Shown piece by piece: positions 1-7,349 of a DNA stretch of 11,220 nt; positions within the stretch are counted from its first letter, which is position 1; every line of letters begins with the position of its first letter. The stretch spans positions 1 through 11,220 of the forward strand of contig CAWCMR010000004.1 of assembly GCA_963796685.1 (NCBI GenBank), given 5' to 3'. This stretch comes from an uncultured delta proteobacterium (GTDB lineage Bacteria > Myxococcota_A > Polyangia > Fen-1088). The translations under genes were made by a program, and so were the position numbers. The notes beneath the pieces were generated by a model that saw nothing but the letters and a program-made list of their open reading frames with translations, did not search any database and was not told where the DNA came from.

Positions 1-1079
1 CACGAAGTTGAACGCCGTGGCCGCCGCGATTCCGAGCAGCGCGGCCAACTGCGGTCGCAGGGCGTGGCGGCCCCCCATGAAGAGGAGCGTGACCGCGTAG
101 TTGATGAGGGCCCCGACCGAACACGCGGTCATGAAACCGACGAACTGCCTGACCCAACTGTTCTTGCGGGATTCCCCGAAGCTGAAGCGCCGGTTGAGCA
201 CGAAGTTGAAACACATGGACAGCACGATGGCCGTTGCCACGGCGACCTTGGGCGCGGCGCCGAGATGAAGAATCGCGGTGAGCAGCACCAGGTTGACCAC
301 GGTGCCAAGCCCGCCCACGGTCAGGAACTGAACCAGCTGCGACCAGGTCCCGAACTTGTGGGTGTACAGGCGCCGCAGGTGCTTGACGTACAGCAGTTGC
401 TGCCGCATGGTCAGTTTGCTCTTGCCGAGTTGCCGATCCTCGAAGTGGATGGGCACCTCGACCACGCGCTCGCAGCCGCACTTGACGATGAATTCGAGCC
501 CAATCTTGTAGCCCACGGGATTGAAGGCATGGCCCGCCTGGAAGGTCGAGCGCCGAAAGGCGAAAAAGCCCGCCATGGGATCGCGGGCGCTGGTCAGCGG
601 ACGCGCCAGCAGCGTCGCGACGCGGCTGTTGATCCAGCGCAGGAACCCCCAGTCGTCGGAGGTCGAGCCCCCCTTCACGTAGCGCGACCCGATGACGAAG
701 TCCGCCCCCTCCTCCAGCTTGCGGAGCATCGGCGGGATCGCCTCCGGGGGATGGCTGAGGTCGGCATCCATGCACACCAGGATGTCGCCTTGCGCGCGCT
801 TCATACCGTCGAGCACCGAGGGACTGAGCCCGCGGTCGGCGGTGCGAACCACCATCCGGACCCACGGCTCGGGGCGCGCGGCCATGGCTCTGCCGATCCG
901 TCGCGACTGTCGTCATCCATGATGAGCACGTCGAGGTCCAGACCGGCTTCCTCGCGAACCTTGGCCAGTCGCCCGATCAGGTGGGGGAGGTTCTCGACCT
1001 CCTTGTAGGTCGGCACCACGACGGTGACCCGGGAAAAGCGTGTGGCCTCTGCCGGGCCGGTGGTATGCGGGGTTTCCAA
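1..1079 (-). CDS. GT2 polyprenol/dolichol-phosphate mannose synthase-like glycosyltransferase fused to C-terminal GtrA domain; 3'-partial; one frameshift at ~888/887
   Basis: Manual translation: TTG at 1079 with GGAG 6 nt upstream, then VTVVVPTYKEVENL...IMDDDSRDGSAE. After restoring one base: AMAARPEPWVRMVVRTADRGLSPSVLDG...LVCMDADLSHPPEAIP...FVIGSRYVKGG...DPMAGFF...GYKIGLE...EVPIHFEDRQLGKSK, followed by hydrophobic GtrA-type helices (QFLTVGGLGTVVNL...FNFVLNRRFSF...AFNFV) open to base 1. Confidence 0.9.
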
Positions 1080-1123
1080 GTGGATCTCCAAAAATTGTAC
1101 GCAGAACGAGGTTTGAACCGACA

Positions 1124-1145
1124 GTAGTTTCGTCCGCGAAACTAC
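1124..1145. other. Perfect 9-bp stem-loop overlapping the SpoIID-like stop codon
   Basis: GTAGTTTCG(1124-1132)-TCCG-CGAAACTAC(1137-1145); no clear U-tract on the minus strand. Confidence 0.55.
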
Positions 1146-2780
1146 CAGAGTTTGCGCAAAACCGTTCCGGGATAGTAGTGGCGCAGAATCTCGCGGTAGC
1201 TCTTGCCCGCTTCGGCCATGCCGATGGCGCCGGTCTGACACATGCCCACGCCATGGCCGAATCCGGCGCCGCGGAAGGTCGCCGACCCGCCCTGTACCTC
1301 CACGACGAAGAGCGAGCTGCGCAGGTTGCCGAAGGTTTGGCGGATGCGTAGCTCGCCGCGAATGACCTCGGACCGCGCGCTGCCCTTCACGCGCACCGAC
1401 CGCGCGCGCCCGGACACCCCACGTTCGAGGACCTCGATGGCCTCGATCGCGCCGAGACGGTACTTGGCCAAGAGTCTGCTCGAGCTCGTCCTTCGTGCGC
1501 GTGACGGTCCAGCGGAAGCGATCGCCGGCACCGAGCTTGGACTGGCCGCAGTAGGCAGGCGGCGGATGGGCGATGAAGGCAGCCACGTTTTCGCTGGTCA
1601 CGCCGTGGGCATAGACGTCCACTTTTTCCGGCGCGGCATCGCGGTGGCCGCGCAGGGAAGGCAGCGCCGCCATCTCGCCCCAGACGTTCTCGTTGTTCTC
1701 GGTGTGCCCCCCACAGTTGGCAGAGTACACCGGGTCGGCCAGCTCCACCCCGCCCTGCTCGAAGAGCACCTCGCCGCGCGTCGCCTCCACCGCGGCGGTG
1801 GTGCGCGGAGTCTCATGCCCCGTCCCCGTGTAGACCTGACAGTGGGTCTGCGAGCACACCCGGAAGGGATCGCCGATGTGGCGCAGGCCGATCTTGGACA
1901 GAAGCTCGCCGCGCGCCGCAACCGCCTGCGCCTTGAGCGCTTCCTCGGGCGCGCTCGGGAAGATCTCGGACGGGATGAGACCGGCGAGCAACTTGTTCTC
2001 GGAGACCGCGTTGACCACCGCCATGGTTCCCAACCGGTCGATGGTGACGTAGACGCGTCCCGCATACGAGCCGGCGATCTTGATCTTCTCCTTGCCGTGC
2101 TCGCCGCTGGCCTCCACGCGCAAGGGTGCATCCCCCACAGGGACGAACCACAGCACCCCTTCGTTGCGCACCCGGATGCCCGTCTTGCCGCCCACCGCTT
2201 CGAGCTGCCCGTGCGGACGATCCACGAGCTCGGTGAAGACCCCGGGATGGATGAGGGGCGACTTGGCCGACAAGCGCTCGAGGACGCGCTCGGCCTCCTC
2301 GGATGAAGCCGCCGGTCCCACACCGACGATGGCCTCGCGTCGATCGAGCACCTCGCCGCCCACGCCGAAGAGCGTCCCTTGCTCGAACCGTCGCGCGCTC
2401 TCGCCGCGTGCTTTCCAGCGCGCGATCTGGGCGTCGGCTTCTTCGCCCTTGGCCACGGGACCGCGCCAGACCACGGCCCAGTAGCGCAAGACCGCCGCCG
2501 AGGTGGCGGACGCGTGGATTTGCCAGGAATCGTCGGCGCGAACCTCGGCACCGCCGTCGCCCTCGGGCAGAAGGCGCAGCCCGCCGGACGTGGTGGAGAT
2601 GGTCACGCTGGAAAGCCCCTCGGCAATGGCCACCGGCACGACCGGCAACCCGTCCTTGGTGAAGCGGAATTCGGCCGAGTAGATCGCACGCAGCTTGTCG
2701 GCCCCGGAAAACTCGTCGGCGCCGAGCCCGTGCCCCGGGATCGCCATGATCGTGCATGCTGCCAATAGCCAACGGATCAT
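1142..2780 (-). CDS. SpoIID/LytB domain-containing protein (putative peptidoglycan lytic transglycosylase), signal peptide, one frameshift at ~1478
   Basis: ATG 2780 overlaps the upstream TGA (ATGA). Motifs: [71 protein letters not shown]. After removing one base it continues in the 1142..1531 frame: [12 protein letters not shown]...LRSSLF...[15 protein letters not shown]...ILRHYYPG. About 545 aa when corrected. Confidence 0.9.
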
Positions 2781-3349
2781 TTGAGGTCGGTCCTGGAAAG
2801 ATATCGCAGGTTGAGCGCGTTGACGGTGAAATGCGCCACGACGGGTCCGCTGAGATCCCCTGCCCACAGGAAAAGCTGACCGAACACGACCCCCGCGACG
2901 AACGACGACAAGGTCCAGGGCAAAAACCTCACCTTGGGGCCGATGTGCAAGAGGGCGAAGATGGCGCTCGCGGCCCAAAGGCCGACGACCGGCTGAAGCG
3001 CCCCACGAAAAAAGATCTCCTCGCCGATGGCCGAGGCCGCCGCCAATACCAGAATCTCGGCCCCGTGCAGAGGCCCAAGCAAGGCGCGCAGGTCGCGGTG
3101 CAAGGCCCGCCCCCACTCGAATCGGTGCGTGGCGAAGCGCGACGCGAAGACGAACCCCAATCCGATCAGCAACCCGGCCACGATGCCGAGCAGGACTTGC
3201 GGATCTTCCCGGCCGCGCACCCGCCAAACGCTCGCGTCGCCACGCAAGGTCGACCAAGCGATCCCGACGCAAGCCAGGGCCAGGTACAGGATGAGAACGA
3301 GGGCCGACCGCGACCAACTTCGACTGGCATCGGGCATCGTCTGCACCAT
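2777..3349 (-). CDS. CPBP family (CAAX/Abi/Rce1-like) intramembrane glutamic endopeptidase
   Basis: Multi-TM 190-aa protein with EEIFFRG, FALLH and HFTVN motifs; start could be ATG 3349 or 3337. Confidence 0.9.
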   Translation of the reverse strand: MVQTMPDASRSWSRSALVLILYLALACVGIAWSTLRGDASVWRVRGREDPQVLLGIVAGLLIGLGFVFASRFATHRFEWGRALHRDLRALLGPLHGAEILVLAAASAIGEEIFFRGALQPVVGLWAASAIFALLHIGPKVRFLPWTLSSFVAGVVFGQLFLWAGDLSGPVVAHFTVNALNLRYLSRTDLK

Positions 3350-3420
3350 AGCAGCAAAGTAGGCAAGTCACTTCGAGTGCGAAAAGGGCACCCGGAACGT
3401 CACGGATAACGCGTCGAGAC

Positions 3421-3457
3421 TTTATTCGTATGTACTCGATATTAATAATCTTTTATT
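3421..3457. promoter_or_regulatory. AT-rich patch in divergent intergenic region with IHF-like site
   Basis: Minus strand TATCGA-GTAC-ATA (3441-3429) versus IHF consensus WATCAA-N4-TTR (2 mismatches), preceded by the A/T tract AATAAAAGATTATTAA, in an otherwise GC-rich window. Confidence 0.35.
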
Positions 3458-3543
3458 GGAACGCCGAGAAGTCGCAAAATTCCCATACAGCCGCGGGTTT
3501 GTTGCCAATCGCGCATCGCGCTCATGGTAGATGTGAGGTCGTC

Positions 3544-4623
3544 ATGCCGCTCGCAGCGCTCCGGTTCAGGCGAAGCGTTCCCAAGCCTGCCGCCGAGGAT
3601 TCGGTCGCGCGAGAGGTGGGCCTGCAGAAGCTGCTGTCCAGCCGGATTTGCGACCTGACCTTGAAGGTCGAAGACGTGCTCTTCGACTGCCTGACCGAGG
3701 TCACCAGCGAGCTGCGTACCAAGGGCATCACCTTCATCCCGGCCTACTACCTGGGCGATGACGACTTCTGGACCGCGGATCGCGCCACCAGCGTCAATGT
3801 GCCCTGGTACCTGGCCAACGCCCTGCTCTGGCAGTTGGTCAACGACCACCTGAATGAATACTCGCGCGACGAGGTGCTGATGTACCTGCGCCACGAGACC
3901 GGCCACGCCATCAACTACGCCTTCGAGCTTTGGAAGCGCAAGGATTGGGCGCAGACCTTCGGCGAGTTCCGCCGCCCATATCGGGACGTGTACAACCCGA
4001 ATCCGTGGAGTCGCGACTACGTTCGCTACCTTCACCGTGCGGGGATGTACCACTACGCGCAGAAACACCCCGACGAGGATTTCGCCGAGACCTTCGCGGT
4101 ATGGCTCGATTCTTCGTCGCGCTGGCGACGGCGTTACAAGGACTGGCAGGTCGCGCTGGCCAAGCTGGAATACATCGACCGCATCGTCGATGTCGAGGGC
4201 GCGTGCCGGGGCGCACCGCCCAACCAGCGGCACGGGCAACGCGTGGGCTACGAGACCATCAAAGAAACCGTCGCGGACTATTTCGACATCAACCACGCCG
4301 TGGATCATGACCTAGCCGAGTATCGCCGCGACCTGCTCGAAATCTTCCCCCGGCGCTCCGAGCCGGCGCGTCAGAGCCAAAGCGCCCTGTCGGCCGCCCG
4401 ATTCATCCAGCAACACCAGCGCATGCTGGTCGAAAAGATGGGTGGATGGATCGGCAAATCGGATCGCCGGGTGATCAGCCGCTTTCTGCGCCAGCTGCAG
4501 GCGCTGTGTACCTACGAGCACTTGGTCGTGCCTGAAAACCAGCGCAACGACAAACTGGTCGACCTGACCATCGTGGCCACGTGGCACGTGCTTGACGGTA
4601 TTCACCGACTGAGCGGCGAGTAG
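3544..4623 (+). CDS. Putative zinc-binding metallopeptidase (HExxH; Peptidase_Mx-like family)
   Basis: ATG 3544 preceded by GAGGT; YLRHETGHAINYAF (HExxH) and HYAQKHPDEDFAETFAVWL. The 3430 start in the track runs through AT-rich intergenic DNA and is unlikely. Confidence 0.82.
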   Translation: MPLAALRFRRSVPKPAAEDSVAREVGLQKLLSSRICDLTLKVEDVLFDCLTEVTSELRTKGITFIPAYYLGDDDFWTADRATSVNVPWYLANALLWQLVNDHLNEYSRDEVLMYLRHETGHAINYAFELWKRKDWAQTFGEFRRPYRDVYNPNPWSRDYVRYLHRAGMYHYAQKHPDEDFAETFAVWLDSSSRWRRRYKDWQVALAKLEYIDRIVDVEGACRGAPPNQRHGQRVGYETIKETVADYFDINHAVDHDLAEYRRDLLEIFPRRSEPARQSQSALSAARFIQQHQRMLVEKMGGWIGKSDRRVISRFLRQLQALCTYEHLVVPENQRNDKLVDLTIVATWHVLDGIHRLSGE

Positions 4624-4640
4624 CTCGCCGCCCGGTGAGC
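4602..4640. terminator. GC-rich stem-loop between convergent genes, possible bidirectional terminator or 3' stabiliser
   Basis: GCGGCGAG-TAG-CTCGCCGC (4613-4631), extendable by TCACCG(4602-4607)/CGGTGA(4633-4638); no long U-tract. Confidence 0.4.
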
Positions 4641-4656
4641 AAGGAATCGGACCGAA

Positions 4657-4905
4657 TCAGTCCAGTGTCAATCCGACCTGGATGATCTTGCGAAGGACAT
4701 CCGCGCCGATGCGCGGAGTTTTCTTTTCCTCCTCGAAGATGATTTGGGCCAAGGTCTGCGCGGTGAGATCCGCGCTGGTGACGTAGTCGGTGACTTGTAC
4801 ATCATCACCCTTGCGAACGAAGCCGGCGACGTCAGCCAAGGTGACGTAGTGGCGTTCGGTGGTGTCGTAGAGTTTTCGATTTGAATAGCGCTTGATGGTA
4901 CGCAT
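4657..4905 (-). CDS. Polyhydroxyalkanoate synthesis regulator (PhaR-type) DNA-binding domain protein, 82 aa
   Basis: MRTIKRYSNRKLYDTTERHYVTLADVAGFVRKGDDVQVTD...DLTAQTLAQIIFEEE matches the IKxYxNRxLYDT...YVTL PHB_acc_N signature; ATG 4905. Confidence 0.88.
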   Translation of the reverse strand: MRTIKRYSNRKLYDTTERHYVTLADVAGFVRKGDDVQVTDYVTSADLTAQTLAQIIFEEEKKTPRIGADVLRKIIQVGLTLD

Positions 4906-4927
4906 GGTGAACCCAAGAATGACACGT

Positions 4928-4949
4928 ATGGACGACTTGACAAGTCCAT
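4928..4949. promoter_or_regulatory. Palindromic candidate operator upstream of the PhaR-like gene
   Basis: GACTTG-A-CAAGTC (4934-4946) within ATGGAC-N10-GTCCAT (4928-4949); contains TTGACA(+)/TTGTCA(-). Confidence 0.45.
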
Positions 4950-5030
4950 CGTGCAGAACAAACGGCAAAGTGACGCAAGCGCGGCAAGCGTCGAAAAGCT
5001 AAACCCAATCGCCGCCCGTCATCATCTTAG

Positions 5031-5053
5031 AGGAGGACCTTTCAGGTCTTTCT
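5031..5053. promoter_or_regulatory. Candidate Rrf2/IscR-like operator upstream of sufB (site 1)
   Basis: AGGAC-CTTTCAG-GTCTT (5034-5050), GAC-N7-GTC core as in IscR type-1 sites. Confidence 0.5.
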
Positions 5054-5087
5054 GATAACTTTCATACCCGCACCAACACCTTCATGG

Positions 5088-5106
5088 AGGACTTTCCTAA
5101 AGTCCT
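5088..5106. promoter_or_regulatory. Perfect inverted repeat upstream of sufB (site 2)
   Basis: AGGACTTT-CCT-AAAGTCCT, ending 6 nt before the sufB RBS GGAG (5113-5116). Confidence 0.5.
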
Positions 5107-5124
5107 GTTTTCGGAGCGGCTCTC

Positions 5125-6573
5125 ATGGCGCAAGCATCCATCGACCTTCACGAGCTCACCCAGCGTGAGTACCCCTACGGATTCACCACCGATCTCGACA
5201 GCGATGCCGCGCCCAAAGGGCTCAGCGAGGACGTCATTCGCCTCATCTCGGCCAAGAAGCAGGAGCCGGCTTTCCTGCTCGATTGGCGGCTGCGTGCCTA
5301 CCGCCACTGGCTGACCATGACCGAGCCACGCTGGCAGAGCGTGCACTACGATCCCATCGACTACCAAGGGATCGTGTACTACTCGGCGCCCAAGCCCAAG
5401 ACCGCCGGCCCGAAAAGTCTCGACGAGGTCGATCCGGACGTGCGCGCCATGTTCGACAAGCTGGGCATTTCGCTGGCCGAGCAAGAGCGGCTCTCGGGCG
5501 TCGCGCTCGATGCGGTGGTGGACAGCGTCTCGGTGGCGACCAGCTTCAAGGCCAAGCTGGGCGAGCTGGGCATCATCTTCTGCTCGTTCTCCGAGGCGGC
5601 GCGCAACCACCCCGAGCTCGTACGCAAGTACCTCGGCTCGGTGGTTCCCTCTTCCGACAACTACTTCGCGGCGCTCAACTCGGCCGTGTTCTCCGACGGA
5701 AGCTTTTGCTACATCCCCAAGGGCGTGCGTTGCCCCATGGAGCTGTCGACCTACTTTCGCATCAACGCCGCCGACACCGGGCAATTCGAGCGCACGCTCA
5801 TCATCGCCGAGCCCGACAGCTACGTCAGCTACCTCGAAGGCTGCACCGCGCCCCGGCGCGACAACAACCAGCTTCACGCGGCGGTGGTGGAGCTGGTGGC
5901 CCACGACGGTGCGGAGATCAAGTACTCCACGGTGCAGAACTGGTATCCCGGCGACAAGGACGGCAAGGGCGGCATCTACAATTTCGTCACCAAGCGCGGC
6001 AAGGCCGCGGGTCGCAATTCGAAGATCTCGTGGACGCAGGTTGAAACCGGGTCGGCCATCACCTGGAAATATCCCAGCGTGATGCTCATCGGCGACGGTT
6101 CGGTGGGCGAGTTCTACTCGGTCGCGGTCACCAACCACTTTCAGCAGGCGGATACCGGCACCAAGATGATCCACATCGGGAAGAACACCAAGAGCACCAT
6201 CCTCTCCAAAGGCATTTCCGCCGGACATGGACAGAACACCTACCGCGGCCTGGTGCGCGTGACCGACGGCGCGACCAATGCGCGCAACTATTCGCAGTGC
6301 GATTCGCTGCTCATCGGAGACCAGTGCGGCGCCCACACCGTGCCCTACCTCGACGTCCGGAATACCTCGTCGCAGGTCGAGCACGAGGCGTCCACCTCGC
6401 GCATCAGCGAGGATCAGCTTTTCTATTGCCGCCAGCGCGGCCTTGGCACCGAGGACGCGGTGAATCTGATCGTGAACGGGTACTGCAAGGAAGTTTTCCG
6501 GCACCTGCCCATGGAGTTCGCGGTCGAGGCGCAAAAACTGCTTGGTGTCAGCCTGGAAGGGAGCGTCGGTTAG
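5125..6573 (+). CDS. sufB: Fe-S cluster assembly scaffold protein SufB
   Basis: 482 aa; [87 protein letters not shown]-terminus. Confidence 0.98.
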   Translation: MAQASIDLHELTQREYPYGFTTDLDSDAAPKGLSEDVIRLISAKKQEPAFLLDWRLRAYRHWLTMTEPRWQSVHYDPIDYQGIVYYSAPKPKTAGPKSLDEVDPDVRAMFDKLGISLAEQERLSGVALDAVVDSVSVATSFKAKLGELGIIFCSFSEAARNHPELVRKYLGSVVPSSDNYFAALNSAVFSDGSFCYIPKGVRCPMELSTYFRINAADTGQFERTLIIAEPDSYVSYLEGCTAPRRDNNQLHAAVVELVAHDGAEIKYSTVQNWYPGDKDGKGGIYNFVTKRGKAAGRNSKISWTQVETGSAITWKYPSVMLIGDGSVGEFYSVAVTNHFQQADTGTKMIHIGKNTKSTILSKGISAGHGQNTYRGLVRVTDGATNARNYSQCDSLLIGDQCGAHTVPYLDVRNTSSQVEHEASTSRISEDQLFYCRQRGLGTEDAVNLIVNGYCKEVFRHLPMEFAVEAQKLLGVSLEGSVG

Positions 6574-6575
6574 TC

Positions 6576-7349
6576 ATGGCATTGCTAGCGATCAAGAACC
6601 TGCACGTGGAAGCCGGTGGCAAGCCCATCTTGCGCGGCCTCAGTCTAGACGTGGAGGCAGGAGAGGTTTGCGCCATCATGGGCCCCAATGGCTCGGGCAA
6701 GAGCACGCTGGCCAACGTGCTGGCAGGCCGCGACGGTTACGTCGTGACCGCGGGCGAGATTCTGTACCAGGGCAAGGATCTGCGCGCGCTGCCGCCCGAG
6801 GAGAGGGCGCGCGAAGGCATCTTCCTCGGCTTCCAGCATCCGGTGGAAATTCCTGGCGTGGCCAACACCTACTTCCTGCGCGCGGCCCTCAACGCCATCC
6901 GCAAGCATCGGGGCGAAGAGGGACTGGACGCCATGGATTTTCTGGCCATGGTCAAGATGAAGGCCAAGAGCCTCGGGCTCAATCCTGACCTGCTCGGACG
7001 GCCCGTGAACGAAGGTTTCTCAGGCGGCGAAAAGAAGCGCAACGAGATCTTGCAGATGTCCGTGCTGGAGCCGCGCCTGGCGGTGCTCGACGAGACCGAT
7101 TCGGGGCTCGACATCGATGCCCTGCGCGAGGTGGCCGGCGCCGTGCAGGCGCTTCGCCACCCCCAGCGTGCCATCGTGGTCATCACCCACCATCAACGGT
7201 TGCTCGACTACCTGGTGCCCGACCGGGTTCATGTGCTGTCCGCCGGCACCATCGTCACCTCGGGCGACAAAACGCTGGCTGTCGAGCTCGAAAAGAACGG
7301 CTACAGCTGGGCGGCAAGCCGGGCCCAGGAACAGGGACAAGTCTTGTGA
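6576..7349 (+). CDS. sufC: Fe-S cluster assembly ATPase SufC
   Basis: ATG 6576, 2 nt after the sufB stop; Walker A GPNGSGKS, VNEGFSGGEKKRNE, LDETDSGLDIDAL, ITHHQRLL. Confidence 0.97.
   Translation: MALLAIKNLHVEAGGKPILRGLSLDVEAGEVCAIMGPNGSGKSTLANVLAGRDGYVVTAGEILYQGKDLRALPPEERAREGIFLGFQHPVEIPGVANTYFLRAALNAIRKHRGEEGLDAMDFLAMVKMKAKSLGLNPDLLGRPVNEGFSGGEKKRNEILQMSVLEPRLAVLDETDSGLDIDALREVAGAVQALRHPQRAIVVITHHQRLLDYLVPDRVHVLSAGTIVTSGDKTLAVELEKNGYSWAASRAQEQGQVL

Noticed and set aside
64-1008. 314-aa plus-strand ORF (and 1242..2306, 2756..3409)
   Set aside because: Antisense shadows of motif-bearing minus-strand genes; long stop-free shadows are common in high-GC DNA.
1094-1099. TACAAT -10-like hexamer before the GT2 gene (minus strand)
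   Set aside because: No convincing -35, and the implied start site would cut into the GGAG RBS.
2754-2780. LAAC lipobox in the SpoIID N-terminus
   Set aside because: The Cys is residue 9, too early for a normal lipoprotein signal; cleavage near GLGA/DEF is more plausible.
801-3371. 856-aa minus-strand ORF as a single novel fusion protein
   Set aside because: It is a chimera: an off-frame overlap of the CPBP gene, the true SpoIID N-part, a frameshifted nonsense segment and the GT2 N-terminus.
3492-3508. Sigma-54-like GG-N10-GC on the minus strand (TGGCAACAAACCCGC)
   Set aside because: The -12 element is CCGC rather than TTGC, and the IHF-like site would be on the wrong side.
4621-4638. UAG plus hairpin as a pyrrolysine or read-through signal
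   Set aside because: Read-through adds only LAAR before a TGA, and no pyl genes are in view.
5084-5314. 76-aa ORF as a suf leader peptide
   Set aside because: No SD, overlaps sufB out of frame, and has no recognisable features.
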